From: an uncultured Eubacteriales bacterium
GTDB taxonomy: Bacteria; Acidobacteriota; Aminicenantia; Aminicenantales; Aminicenantaceae
NCBI GenBank assembly: GCA_964611275.1
Contig: CAZSZS010000172.1
Coordinates: forward strand, 2,399 to 66,398
DNA length: 64,000 nt
Direction of reading: 5' to 3'
This document shows positions 9,605 through 19,793 of this stretch, piece after piece. Numbering within the stretch: the stretch's first letter is position 1; the number at the start of each line of letters is the position of its first letter. The translations under genes and the position numbers were made by a program. A model generated the notes under the pieces. The model did no database searches and was not told the DNA's origin. It saw only the letters and a program-made list of their open reading frames with translations.

Positions 9605-10596
9605 TTTTTTGGTAAGCTCATGCTGGAAAAAACCCGGTCAAAAAATCCTTTCTCTATATCAAGATCGATCTTTACATAGTACACGGGCTTCTTTTTGAAG
9701 CGGTTTATCCCCTCAAGTTTAACCGAGTCTTTTTCAGTCGTGACCATAACATCCGTGTTTAATGAGCTGTGTTTATCCAGTATTTTGTTCACGGCTTTTT
9801 GGGGGTAGTCATAGTGATCCGGGAATGTAAGGAAAGCAGCAGGCCTTATTCCCATTTCCTCAAGTGTTTTTTTAAATCTATGGGGTTGGGCTATACCGCA
9901 AAATGCCAATACCTTTTTCTGTTTTAACCCGTCTGCGGCAAGGGCCTGACCGGTACTCATTTTTACAAGCCCTTCTGGGAATACAGAATATTCATAGACA
10001 GGTATTCCGGGTAGACTTGATTTTAGTTCGGCTTTTTTTTCTTCCAGAGAATTTTTTTTCAGCAGAATTATTTGGGCTTTTTTTAGCGCGGACAGAGATT
10101 CGCGAAGCAGCCCTTTTTTTGATATATCGTGAAGAACAATATTCAGATCTTTCTTAAGCGCATAGTACTGGAATCCATCATCTAGAACAGCTATGTCATA
10201 TCCCTTCTTACAGGCATTTAAACAGGATAAAATCCGGTTTTTCCCAAGAAAAAGCCCTGCTTCCGGAACATTTCGGGCTGCCATAAAAGGTTCGTCTCCT
10301 AAGGTCTTCCAATCAGAGACCTGATTGTGCCCGGGAAGCACCATGCCTCCCTTCTTTTCCCATTTTCCTTTATAACCACGGGAGATAAAAGCGGGTTTAA
10401 AGCCTTTTTCAACAAGGATTTTTATGAGTTTAATGGACAGGGGGGTTTTTTCTGAGCCTCCGAATGTGATGTTCCCTATGCAGATGACAGGGATAGGAGA
10501 AGACTGCTGTTTCTTTATGTTTTTTTCATACAGAAAGCTTATGAACCTGGAGCCGGATCTGTAAAAGAAAGAGAGTAAATAGAGAATTGACTTCAT
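9601..10596 (-). CDS. lpxK: tetraacyldisaccharide 4'-kinase
   Basis: 331 aa with the P-loop ICIGNITFGGSEKTP typical of LpxK. Confidence 0.85.
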   Translation of the reverse strand: MKSILYLLSFFYRSGSRFISFLYEKNIKKQQSSPIPVICIGNITFGGSEKTPLSIKLIKILVEKGFKPAFISRGYKGKWEKKGGMVLPGHNQVSDWKTLGDEPFMAARNVPEAGLFLGKNRILSCLNACKKGYDIAVLDDGFQYYALKKDLNIVLHDISKKGLLRESLSALKKAQIILLKKNSLEEKKAELKSSLPGIPVYEYSVFPEGLVKMSTGQALAADGLKQKKVLAFCGIAQPHRFKKTLEEMGIRPAAFLTFPDHYDYPQKAVNKILDKHSSLNTDVMVTTEKDSVKLEGINRFKKKPVYYVKIDLDIEKGFFDRVFSSMSLPKK

Positions 10597-10722
10597 TTAT
10601 TCTGGAATATATAACATTTGCTTGCATGATGGCAAATATTATTGATATACAGAGTGAGGATGTCTTTACATTGAAATGAGGTTTATTTATAATGATGCAT
10701 ATTTCAATAGAGGAGGCTGGCT

Positions 10723-11589
10723 ATGTGGAAAAAGCTATATGCCCTCGGATTAATGTTAATGCTGGTATTTATTTCTCATAACTGCAAACAGAAAACAACC
10801 GTAAAAGGTGTTGACCTTGAAGTGACTTTTTCAGAAGAGTCATTAACGGACAACCTGGTCACTGATATGACGTTTCTCTGGACCACGGACAGTGAATTTG
10901 AGGGGATGAGAAGGGACTATAATGTATTTGTCCATTTCTGGCATGGGGATAATCTTCTTTTTCAGGCGGATTTTTTTCCTGAAATCCCTACGTCCAAATG
11001 GGAACCTGACAAAGAATACAAATTCACCCAAAGGATTTATATCCCTGTATTTATAGATGAATTTGATCCTGACTTCAAGGGTGAAGAGACCTTGAAGCTT
11101 TCTATCGGTTTTTATTCTCCTTATGACAAGACGGGAGAATCCGAACAAATGATTCTCGATCGCAAACTGAAAGTGACGCCACCTCCTCTGGATGCTCCCC
11201 AAGTCATCTATATGGACGGCTGGTACGGGCTTGAAATGAACAGGGACTATCATTTCAAGAATTGGAGATGGACAGCCAAACAAGCCAAATGTATCATTGA
11301 CAATCCTCATCAGGATGCCCTGCTTATCATAAGGGGTGAAGTGAATAAGAATGCCATCGAGGATCAGAAAGTGATCTTTATGATCAATGATACCATTCTG
11401 GACGAATTCGTTCCCGAACAAGCTGTGTTTGAAAAGACATATACCATTAACAAAGAGAAACTTGGTGAAGATGATGATTTTTATTTAACCATAGCTACGG
11501 ATAAGACCTTTATTCCTTCAGAAATGTCCCCAGAATCTACAGATGAGAGGGAACTGGGAGTGAAGATCTCTTTTATCTATTTCAGATAA
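10723..11589 (+). CDS. hypothetical secreted protein or lipoprotein
   Basis: 288 aa with a signal peptide (MWKKLYALGLMLMLVFISHNC) and a GGAGG RBS 8 nt upstream. I recognise no family. The 3' end overlaps convergent comEC by 13 nt. Confidence 0.6.
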   Translation: MWKKLYALGLMLMLVFISHNCKQKTTVKGVDLEVTFSEESLTDNLVTDMTFLWTTDSEFEGMRRDYNVFVHFWHGDNLLFQADFFPEIPTSKWEPDKEYKFTQRIYIPVFIDEFDPDFKGEETLKLSIGFYSPYDKTGESEQMILDRKLKVTPPPLDAPQVIYMDGWYGLEMNRDYHFKNWRWTAKQAKCIIDNPHQDALLIIRGEVNKNAIEDQKVIFMINDTILDEFVPEQAVFEKTYTINKEKLGEDDDFYLTIATDKTFIPSEMSPESTDERELGVKISFIYFR

Positions 11590-13979
11590 TCTGTTTTTCT
11601 GTTTTTAACAGCTGTACGGGCGGAGATGTTTTCTCCATCAGAAACAATCTCTACAGCTCCATGTAGGTCTGTCCTGTAGATTTCAGAGCCTGTTTTTTCA
11701 TATCGGCGGATGACATCCCTGTCCGGAAGCCCATAGAGGTTATTTTTGCCCACTGAGATCACAACGATCTCCGGAGAGACAGCCTTAATGAAACTCTCCG
11801 TACTGGAGGAATCGCTCCCGTGATGGGGGCATTTCAGCACCTGGCATTCGATGTCATGGTAATAAGACAAAATCTCCTGCTCCGCCTGGTATTCAGCATC
11901 TCCTGTCAGAAGAAATGACGTTTCACGGAAAGTGATCATCATGACCAGTGACTGGTTGTTATGGACCGAAGCAGGCGGGCGCTCCGGTTTTTCGGGATGG
12001 AGTATTTTTACGTTTGCTTTTCCGATCTGGAAAGAGGCGCCCCTGTACAATTCTTTTTTTTTGGTCTTTGGACTCAGGTTGTTCTTAAATGTCCGGTAAG
12101 CCGTCTCTGCTGCGGGAGATAATGATTCCCAGAATTCTATGATTCTGAAGTTTTCAACAACAGAGAACAGGCCGTAGAGATGGTCGGGATGGGAATGAGT
12201 CAGAACCAGATAATCTATTTTTTTAATTCCTTTGTCCCAGAGGACAGGAGATACGACCCTTTCACCGATGTCAAAGTCTCCGTAAGCAGAGCCTCCGCCG
12301 TCGACAAGCATCTTTTTGTTGCCGGGGAATTCGATCAGAATGGAATCTCCGTTTCCCACATCAATAACAGTCATCCTCAGGTGTTTCGATTTTGTGGGAA
12401 ACGGATGAGTGATAAGCATGATGAAAAAAACAAAAAACAGAACAGATGTCAGAATTTTCTGTCTTTTTATTTTTTTGGGAGCGAGAAAAGCAAGAAGGAA
12501 AAAATAATATCCGCAGACGATCAAGGTATGGGGAGTGGGTATTCTGTATGACAGAAAATCTAAGGTGGAAGCAAAGTCGGAGATACTTATGAGAGCAGTG
12601 ATCAACAGATCAAGGAGTCTGACCGGAAACCGGGCAATACCCGCACTTATAAAGGCAATGGGGACAAAGAGATATCCTGAGGCCATGATGAGGGATATGA
12701 GAGGAAGCGCTATAAGGTTGAGGATGAGCGGGGTAAAGGCAATCCGGTTGAAGGCGGATGCGGTGATGGGAATTATTCCCAATTGTGCTGTGAATGAGAG
12801 AACCAGAATATCACTTATATTCAAGGGCAGTTTGGGTAGATGCCTGATTATCACGGGAAAGAAGAGAACAATGGATAAGGTGGCGGCAAAAGTCATCTGA
12901 AACCCCAGCGAAAAGAGATGGAACGGATTGAACAGGAGCAGGATAAACGCGCTCAATGATAATGTGTTTAAAAGATTCGTATCCTTCCATATCAGCTTTC
13001 CTATGAGAAAGATTATGGTCATGAGTGTGGCGCGTATTATAGACGGGCGGCCCTCCACAAGCATGGCATAGAAAACAAGAATGAAAATAAGAACGATGTA
13101 AGATGTCCTCTCAGGCACTTTCAGGACCTTAAGAAAAGAAAATATAAGGAAAGAAATGATGGCTATATGAGCTCCGGATATGGCGAAAAGATGATACAGG
13201 CCTGAATCCTGAAGCGACCGGGTGATAGACCCGCTCATTCTGCCTCTCTCCCCTAGAAGCAGAGCTTCCACAACCGCTCCGGAAGGAGAGATATCGCCTT
13301 GATTTTCGCCTGGGAAGAATTCTTCGATTTTTTTTTGCAGTATCTGACGGAGTCGCGAAAGAGCGCGAAAGGGAGAGATGCTATTGCCCGTAGCCGTTTT
13401 TTTGACAAGCAAAGGGGATTTTGCAAAACCTGTTTTGTGTATTTTTCTGAATTTGAGAAATATATTTGACCGGGGATACCCGAAGTTTCTGAATACGGGG
13501 GAGGCGGATAACTTTGCAGAGATTTCGACCTTATCACGGACCAGTAGCTTATGGAGAGCATCAGAATGTTGACCTTTAGGCACAGAAATTCTTATGTTCC
13601 CTTTTATTTTTTCTGTTTTGTTTCGGTAGGAGATTTCTTTTGTTTTTATATAGAGATAGGCCCTGTCTGTGGAAAAAGAGGGGGATTTATACAGTGTCCC
13701 CTCAATGTCTACATATGATTCTTCCTCAAAAGAGCACAGAGGGTTTTTTTCGTATGTATTGTCTGACTGAGTATACAGGGATGCGCCCAGGAGAAATGTG
13801 CTGATAATCAACAAAGTAAATGCGGATTTGTTTTTTCTTAAAGAGATCAAGTGGATCCAGGCTGACAAAAGGCTTATGAACAGCAGTATGAGCAGCATTG
13901 AAAGAGGGATGCCGCACAGTGATGAAAAAAATATTCCTGATGCGAAAGACAGGGCGATAAAGAGGAAAGGAAAGGCCAT
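11577..13979 (-). CDS. comEC: DNA internalization competence protein ComEC/Rec2 with a metallo-beta-lactamase domain
   Basis: 800 aa with many TM helices and a C-terminal MBL motif (LVLTHSHPDHLYGL). Confidence 0.85.
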   Translation of the reverse strand: MAFPFLFIALSFASGIFFSSLCGIPLSMLLILLFISLLSAWIHLISLRKNKSAFTLLIISTFLLGASLYTQSDNTYEKNPLCSFEEESYVDIEGTLYKSPSFSTDRAYLYIKTKEISYRNKTEKIKGNIRISVPKGQHSDALHKLLVRDKVEISAKLSASPVFRNFGYPRSNIFLKFRKIHKTGFAKSPLLVKKTATGNSISPFRALSRLRQILQKKIEEFFPGENQGDISPSGAVVEALLLGERGRMSGSITRSLQDSGLYHLFAISGAHIAIISFLIFSFLKVLKVPERTSYIVLIFILVFYAMLVEGRPSIIRATLMTIIFLIGKLIWKDTNLLNTLSLSAFILLLFNPFHLFSLGFQMTFAATLSIVLFFPVIIRHLPKLPLNISDILVLSFTAQLGIIPITASAFNRIAFTPLILNLIALPLISLIMASGYLFVPIAFISAGIARFPVRLLDLLITALISISDFASTLDFLSYRIPTPHTLIVCGYYFFLLAFLAPKKIKRQKILTSVLFFVFFIMLITHPFPTKSKHLRMTVIDVGNGDSILIEFPGNKKMLVDGGGSAYGDFDIGERVVSPVLWDKGIKKIDYLVLTHSHPDHLYGLFSVVENFRIIEFWESLSPAAETAYRTFKNNLSPKTKKKELYRGASFQIGKANVKILHPEKPERPPASVHNNQSLVMMITFRETSFLLTGDAEYQAEQEILSYYHDIECQVLKCPHHGSDSSSTESFIKAVSPEIVVISVGKNNLYGLPDRDVIRRYEKTGSEIYRTDLHGAVEIVSDGENISARTAVKNRKTDYLK

Positions 13980-15286
13980 TACTCGTTTTCGTTTTCAAAT
14001 TGCGCTTGATGGTCAAGGCAGTCTAAAAGAAGGTGGCACAGGACTTTTATCCCTACGGGAATACAGTTTTCATCGGGATTGAATTGGGAGCTGTGGAGAG
14101 GGTGAATCGAATCTTCCCACGCGGGTTTTACACCTAGAAGAAAGTAGAAACCAGGAAGCCTTTCGGAATATTCAGAAAAATCTTCTGCGACCATCTGAGG
14201 AGCAAAGGAACGGACATTGTTTTGTCCAACAGCATCAACCAGAGAAGGCCTGAGAATAGCCGTAAGGTCAGGATGGTTGTAGAGGGGAGATGTGCCCCTG
14301 TTATAGATATAGGAATAAGAAGCTCCAAAAGGTTGGGTATTGCTGACCGCTATCCTTTCTATCAGTTGCTTTATTTTTTCTTGCGTGTCACGGTTTAATG
14401 TCCTTACGGTTCCTTCCATGGTCACTTCATCGGCAATGATATTGGACCGGGAACCTCCTGATATTTTCCCTATGGTCACAACAGCGGGATTAACCGGGTC
14501 AACGGTCCTGCTTATCATGGAATAAATAGAGACCACTACTTGAGAAGCTATATATACGGCATCGATCCCTTTATGCGGCCGTGCTCCATGGGAGCTTTTT
14601 CCATTGATGGTGATCTTAAAAGTATCTGAACCCGCAAATATAGTGCCCGGGGAAATGAGAACTTCGCCTGTTTCTGCCTCCGGCCACACATGCATTCCGA
14701 TGATGGCTCTTACCGGAGGATTTTTCAGCACACCTTGTTTTATCATCAAAGAAGCTCCGCCTTCTTCTTCGGGCGGGGCCCCTTCCTCAGCCGGCTGGAA
14801 AATGAATTTGATGTTCCCTTTGACCATGTCCTTCATCTCGTTCAACACAATGGCTGCGCCGAGTGCCATAGAGGTATGGATGTCATGACCGCATGCGTGC
14901 ATGACACCCGTATTCAGTGATGCATACGCAAGTCCTGTCTGTTCTTCAATAGGGAGGGCGTCCATGTCAGCACGCACACCTATGGTGATGCCCTCATGTT
15001 TGCCCCTCAGCAGACCGACCACCCCGGTTTTTGCTATTTCTGACCTGACTTCCATATCGAGGGAAAGAAGTTTTGAAGACACGAGTTTTGAAGTCTCAAA
15101 CTCTCTATTGCTTAACTCCGGATTCATATGAATGAATCTTCTTATATCTATGATGTCTTGTTTGTGTTTTTCAATGAGATTGGCAATCCGCAGCGCAGTC
15201 GCTTTATCCACGGAAATTGCCGGAGAAGAAAAGAACAGAAAAACAAATATGACTGCGAGACCTTTCCTCCATCCGAAACGGGGCAT
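13979..15286 (-). CDS. M20-family amidohydrolase (N-acyl-amino-acid amidohydrolase / hippurate hydrolase-like), secreted
   Basis: 435 aa with a signal peptide and the motifs MHACGHDIH and GGASLMI. TAATG stop/start overlap with comEC. Confidence 0.75.
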   Translation of the reverse strand: MPRFGWRKGLAVIFVFLFFSSPAISVDKATALRIANLIEKHKQDIIDIRRFIHMNPELSNREFETSKLVSSKLLSLDMEVRSEIAKTGVVGLLRGKHEGITIGVRADMDALPIEEQTGLAYASLNTGVMHACGHDIHTSMALGAAIVLNEMKDMVKGNIKFIFQPAEEGAPPEEEGGASLMIKQGVLKNPPVRAIIGMHVWPEAETGEVLISPGTIFAGSDTFKITINGKSSHGARPHKGIDAVYIASQVVVSIYSMISRTVDPVNPAVVTIGKISGGSRSNIIADEVTMEGTVRTLNRDTQEKIKQLIERIAVSNTQPFGASYSYIYNRGTSPLYNHPDLTAILRPSLVDAVGQNNVRSFAPQMVAEDFSEYSERLPGFYFLLGVKPAWEDSIHPLHSSQFNPDENCIPVGIKVLCHLLLDCLDHQAQFENENE

Positions 15287-15350
15287 ATTGTTAGTTTAAA
15301 ATCACCTCTTTCTCTTGTCAATGAAAGATAACAGGATTTTTTGTTTTAAA

Positions 15351-16958
15351 TTAAAAAATCAGATTTTCTCTGTATGTTCCATAGGTCTCTTTGAGTACGG
15401 ATGTGATCTCTCCGAGAGTGGCCATATCTTTGACACAGTCATATATATAGGGCATTAGATTTTTATCAGATTGACAGGCTTGTCTTAAGGACCTCAGACT
15501 AGAGCTCAGTCTTTTCTCCGATCTCAGTCTTTTGACCTGTTTGAGCTGTTTTATCTGGTTTTCTTCTGTTTCTTTGGGAGGGTGATAGATTTCAAACGGC
15601 GGCCTGTTTTCCTCAGTAACAAACGTATTGATTCCGATTACTTCTTTTTGATGGGTCTCAAGCTGTTTCTGGTATGTGTAGGCGCTTTCCTGAATTTCTT
15701 TTTGGATGAAACCCTGTTCGATAGCTGTGAGCATACCTCCCATATCCTCGATTTTTTTGAGATACCTATTGACTTCCTCTTCGATTCGATCTGTGAGGTT
15801 TTCGATCAGGTAGGAACCGCCTACAGGATCAACCACATCAGGCACACCGGTTTCATGCGCTATGATCTGCTGGGTTCTGAGAGCGATTCTTACCGATTCT
15901 TCAGTGGGAAGCGCCAGGGCCTCGTCTCTTGAATTCGTATGCAGGGATTGGGTTCCGCCCAGTATGGAAGAGAGCGCCTGAAGGGTGACTCTTACGACGT
16001 TGTTTTCCGGTTCCTGGGCAGTAAGAGTGGCGCCGCTGGTTTGGGTGTGGAACCTGAATTTCCAGGATTTTGGGTTTTTGGCCTTGAATCTGTCCCTCAT
16101 TATATCGGCCCAGATGCGCCTGGCAGCGCGGAATTTTGCGATTTCTTCAAAGAAGTTATTGTGAGCGGCCAGGAAAAAAGAAAGCCGGGGGGCGAATGTA
16201 TCGGCGTCCAGCCCGGACTCAAGAGCTGCCTGGACATAGGTTATGGCATTTGCAAGAGTAAAAGCCAGTTCCTGTACGGCTGTGGCGCCGGCTTCTCTTA
16301 TATGATAGCCGCTTATGCTCATGGTATTCCAGCGTGGCATTTGGTTATGACAGAAACTGATTATGTTATTGATGATCTTCATGGAAGAACGGGGAGGGAA
16401 TATGTAAGTCCCCCTTGCGACGAACTCTTTAAGGATATCGTTCTGTATGGTTCCGGTGAGCTGTTGACCGGAGATGCCTTTTGATTCCGCCACAGCCAAG
16501 TACATTGCCAGAATCACAGCAGCGGTTGCGTTTATGGTCATGGATACAGATACTTTTTGGAGAGGAATTTGTTCAAAAAGTATCTTCATATCCTGAATGG
16601 AATCAATGGCGACTCCGACTTTTCCGACTTCTCCGCAGGATTGAGGATGGTCTGAATCCAGACCTAACTGGGTGGGGAGGTCAAAGGCCACGCTTAATCC
16701 GCTCTGGCCTTTTGAGAGCAGGTATCGATACCTTTTGTTTGATTCTCGAGCTGTGCCGAAACCGGCATATTGCCGCATTGTCCACAGCTTTCCCCTATAC
16801 ATATTTGAATACACACCTCTGGTAAAAGGATATTTTCCGGAATCCCCCAGATTTTGTATGAAATCAGGTGATTGGATATCCTGTTCTGTGTAGATGCGCT
16901 TCAGTTCAATAGATGAGGAAGTGGTGTGTTTTTTTTCTTTATCTTTCACCATACTCAA
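15351..16958 (-). CDS. methylmalonyl-CoA mutase family, large (catalytic, N-terminal) subunit without a B12-binding domain
   Basis: 535 aa with [38 protein letters not shown] and SVAFDLPTQ. Confidence 0.85.
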   Translation of the reverse strand: MSMVKDKEKKHTTSSSIELKRIYTEQDIQSPDFIQNLGDSGKYPFTRGVYSNMYRGKLWTMRQYAGFGTARESNKRYRYLLSKGQSGLSVAFDLPTQLGLDSDHPQSCGEVGKVGVAIDSIQDMKILFEQIPLQKVSVSMTINATAAVILAMYLAVAESKGISGQQLTGTIQNDILKEFVARGTYIFPPRSSMKIINNIISFCHNQMPRWNTMSISGYHIREAGATAVQELAFTLANAITYVQAALESGLDADTFAPRLSFFLAAHNNFFEEIAKFRAARRIWADIMRDRFKAKNPKSWKFRFHTQTSGATLTAQEPENNVVRVTLQALSSILGGTQSLHTNSRDEALALPTEESVRIALRTQQIIAHETGVPDVVDPVGGSYLIENLTDRIEEEVNRYLKKIEDMGGMLTAIEQGFIQKEIQESAYTYQKQLETHQKEVIGINTFVTEENRPPFEIYHPPKETEENQIKQLKQVKRLRSEKRLSSSLRSLRQACQSDKNLMPYIYDCVKDMATLGEITSVLKETYGTYRENLIF

Positions 16959-18250
16959 AAAGTGTATTTTGAAAAAGCTTCTTTGCCTGTATAGAGACCC
17001 TTTTGACCGAGGATGTCTTCGATTTCCATAAGTCTGTTGTATTTGGCGGTCCGTTCTCCCCTGCTTACAGAACCTGTTTTTATTTGTCCTGTATTGAGGG
17101 CAACACTTAGGTCAGCGATAAACGTATCCGAGGTTTCTCCAGAGCGGTGTGATATGACACAGGAATAGCCGTTTTTCTGGGCGTATTTAACCGTATCAAT
17201 GGTCTCTGTGAGCGTTCCGATCTGGTTTAATTTGATCAGTATTGAATTTCCTATTCCTTTTTTTATTCCCTGTTTCAGTAGGCTCAAATTTGTCACAAAG
17301 ATGTCATCGCCCACCAGTTGGATCTTTGTGCCAAACTCCCGGCTCATTTTCTCCCAACCTGACCAATCATCTTCCGCAAATCCATCCTCAATGGATATAA
17401 TGGGATAATTATTTATGATATCCCTGTAAAAGTCGTTCATTGCCTGGGCATCTTTTTTTGAGCCGTCTGATTTTTTAAACACATAGTGACCGTCCTCATA
17501 AAATTCTGATGCCGCCACATCAAGCGCCATGAAAATATCATTTCCCGGTTTGTAACCGGCGCTTTGTATGCTTTCAAATATCAATTCCAGGGCCTCTTCA
17601 TTTGATTTAAGGTTAGGGGCAAAACCTCCTTCGTCCCCCACAGAAGTGCTGTAGCCGTTCTTTTTGAGATTGTTTTTCAGATTATGGAAGACTTCTGCAG
17701 ACATTCTGATCGCTTCGGCGAAATTAGGACAGTTTATGGGAGCGATCATGAATTCCTGGATATCCACATTATTGTCTGAGTGGGAGCCTCCATTGAGTAT
17801 GTTAATAAGAGGAACGGGAAGTTGATAGCTTTTTCTTTTTTCCAGATACTCGAAGAGTTCAAGGCCCAGCGCCCTGGCCGATGCGTCAGCTGCAGCCATA
17901 GACACAGAGAGTATGGCATTGGCTCCCAGATTCTTTTTAGCAGGAGTCCCGTCCAGCTCTATAAGAATCCTGTCTATTTTTTCCTGCTCTGCAGCATCGA
18001 GCCCTATGATTTGCGGTGCGATGATTTTATCCACATTGGCGACAGCCTTTAATACGCCTTTTTTTAAGTATCTTTTTGGGTCACTGTCTCTGAGTTCCAG
18101 GGCTTCGCGTTTTCCTGTGGAGGCTCCTGAAGGGACAGAAGCCTTTCCTGATATGCCTGATTCAAGGATCACTTTAGTGCTGACCGTAGGGTTCCCCCTG
18201 GAATCCAGTATCTCCCTTGATTTGATTTCTTTTATGGTTGTTTCTGACAT
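16955..18250 (-). CDS. eno: enolase (phosphopyruvate hydratase)
   Basis: 431 aa with [10 protein letters not shown] and [15 protein letters not shown]. Overlaps the mutase gene by 4 nt. Confidence 0.95.
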   Translation of the reverse strand: MSETTIKEIKSREILDSRGNPTVSTKVILESGISGKASVPSGASTGKREALELRDSDPKRYLKKGVLKAVANVDKIIAPQIIGLDAAEQEKIDRILIELDGTPAKKNLGANAILSVSMAAADASARALGLELFEYLEKRKSYQLPVPLINILNGGSHSDNNVDIQEFMIAPINCPNFAEAIRMSAEVFHNLKNNLKKNGYSTSVGDEGGFAPNLKSNEEALELIFESIQSAGYKPGNDIFMALDVAASEFYEDGHYVFKKSDGSKKDAQAMNDFYRDIINNYPIISIEDGFAEDDWSGWEKMSREFGTKIQLVGDDIFVTNLSLLKQGIKKGIGNSILIKLNQIGTLTETIDTVKYAQKNGYSCVISHRSGETSDTFIADLSVALNTGQIKTGSVSRGERTAKYNRLMEIEDILGQKGLYTGKEAFSKYTF

Positions 18251-18325
18251 ATATGAATCCCTTTTTATAGAATTTTTATATGTATGAAAAAATGATATGC
18301 GAGATTATCGGTTGAGTTGAGCCGT

Positions 18326-18649
18326 CTACTTTTCTCCTTTGGTCTCTTCAGCCATTTCTTCGGATTTCTTGCTTATTTCTTTCTTTTTTTTGTCAACAAA
18401 TTCTTTGATGGCTTCTATTCCGTCTTTTGACTTTGATTTTGCTTTTTGAATACCTTTCTCAGCTTCCTTGCTGAATTTATCGTATTTTTCTCTGGCTATT
18501 TCTCCGGTTCGTTCAGCCTGCTCCCTAATTTTCTTTCTTGTCTCTTTGCCCTCAGCAGGAGCAAACAGAACTCCTAATATGAATCCTGTAGCTGTTCCCA
18601 GTAAAAAAGACAAAGTGATTTCAACAGCGCTTGAGCTTTTATTTTCCAT
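18326..18649 (-). CDS. YtxH-like general stress protein
   Basis: 107 aa with one TM helix followed by a K/E-rich helix (GKETRKKIREQAERTGEIAREKYDKF). Confidence 0.7.
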   Translation of the reverse strand: MENKSSSAVEITLSFLLGTATGFILGVLFAPAEGKETRKKIREQAERTGEIAREKYDKFSKEAEKGIQKAKSKSKDGIEAIKEFVDKKKKEISKKSEEMAEETKGEK

Positions 18650-18890
18650 TCTTTCCCTCCTTTTTCTTTCTTTTTAACTGCCTCCAACCAAACCTTATAA
18701 GGGGATAGATGAGTGGCCAGTATTTTGAGCCGGGCCTGATTACCTTAGTTGTCATAAACCAGGCAGCTTCTGACAGACCTACAGCTGTTTTTTTTGTCGC
18801 ATCAAGGACGTCTTGCAGGTCATCGACTTGAGAGTTTATTTTAAGGCTGGTGTCATTCAAATTTTTTGCGAGTGAGCGGATCTCCAGCAT
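18639..18890 (-). CDS. DUF948 (YtxG)-like protein, C-terminal part; the TM-helix part lies upstream beyond an in-frame TAA
   Basis: 83 aa. Has a coiled-coil-like segment (LAKNLNDTSLKINSQVDDLQDVLDATKKT). Overlaps the ytxH-like gene by 11 nt, mirroring the B. subtilis ytxG-ytxH order as I recall it. Confidence 0.5.
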   Translation of the reverse strand: MLEIRSLAKNLNDTSLKINSQVDDLQDVLDATKKTAVGLSEAAWFMTTKVIRPGSKYWPLIYPLIRFGWRQLKRKKKEGKNGK

Positions 18891-18902
18891 TGTCAGAGTC
18901 GT

Positions 18903-19013
18903 TTATTTAGCTGTTTTACGTAGGTGCATGTGGAAGATTAAAAAAAATGTTAAAGCAACGACCGCAGCAAAAGTCAAGACTAAAAATAAAAATTGGTTTA
19001 AGGTCAGCGACAT
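18903..19013 (-). CDS. 36-aa TM-helix mini-ORF, in frame with and 4 codons upstream of the DUF948-like ORF (possible N-terminal fragment)
   Basis: My own translation reads MSLTLNQFLFLVLTFAAVVALTFFLIFHMHLRKTAK-TAA, then TTLT, then the ATG at 18890. Same reading frame as the downstream ORF. Confidence 0.35.
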   Translation of the reverse strand: MSLTLNQFLFLVLTFAAVVALTFFLIFHMHLRKTAK

Positions 19014-19020
19014 TTTATTA

Positions 19021-19049
19021 AAGATAAAATAAAAAAAGTCCTTTGTCAA
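19021..19049 (-). promoter_or_regulatory. candidate sigma-70 promoter (TTGACA, 17-nt spacer, TATCTT) placing a start site at or next to the ATG at 19013
   Basis: The reverse complement reads TTGACA aaggactttttttattt TATCTT taataaa ATG. This is a pattern match only. Confidence 0.3.
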
Positions 19050-19118
19050 TCAAACCAGGATGATTCATTAGATAGAAAAATATGAACAGAGAGGTTATAA
19101 TCTTGTGGTAACGGAAAA

Positions 19119-19697
19119 ATGGATTACTACTTCGTAAAGGATTATAAGAAAGACTACAGATTCTTTTCATCCCAGCCTTTTCATGAAATAGAGGTAAATT
19201 TCACAAAACTTAGGAAAAGGTGGGAAGAAGCCAAAAGAAGGCTTATGCTTCTTCCTCAAAGGATATTAAGCCAGGAGCAGGCTTTTGAGAGGGCTGTGAA
19301 CTTAAAAGAATTCAGAATCAAAATACACTACCCGGGAAGCAAAGAAAAGAGCCGAATCAAAAAAAAGTTTACATTTTTTCTTCTTAAACAAAGGTCAAAA
19401 CACATTTTGTTTCTCATCATTGAGGCTCTTCTTCTTCCCGTCAGTGGCCTTATGGCCTTTCTTCCAGGTCCGAACATCTTTTTTTATGTTCTTGCCTTGA
19501 TCATGTACACTCAATGGAAAGCCCTTAGAGGAATAAAGGTTCTCATCAAGAAAGACCACGAATTTATTGATTCTCCTTTGCTTGAGGAGTGGGAGGCTGC
19601 TGTCGAATCCGGGAAGCCGGAAGAGATGCAGGCTGCTATAAAGAAGATAAATAATGAGCTTTGTATAGATAAAATTCAAAAAATCCTGTACAAATAG
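19119..19697 (+). CDS. hypothetical membrane protein
   Basis: 192 aa with a basic N-terminal half and two adjacent hydrophobic helices (ILFLIIEALLLPVSGLMAFLPGPNIFFYVLALIMY). Family not recognised with confidence. Confidence 0.55.
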   Translation: MDYYFVKDYKKDYRFFSSQPFHEIEVNFTKLRKRWEEAKRRLMLLPQRILSQEQAFERAVNLKEFRIKIHYPGSKEKSRIKKKFTFFLLKQRSKHILFLIIEALLLPVSGLMAFLPGPNIFFYVLALIMYTQWKALRGIKVLIKKDHEFIDSPLLEEWEAAVESGKPEEMQAAIKKINNELCIDKIQKILYK

Positions 19698-19793
19698 AAA
19701 GAAAACATATAAACAACAGCTGAGAATGTTCTTTGGGCCCTAATTCTTGACTTTTTAGGGGTATGCACCTAATATTTATGATTGTATTTCTAA

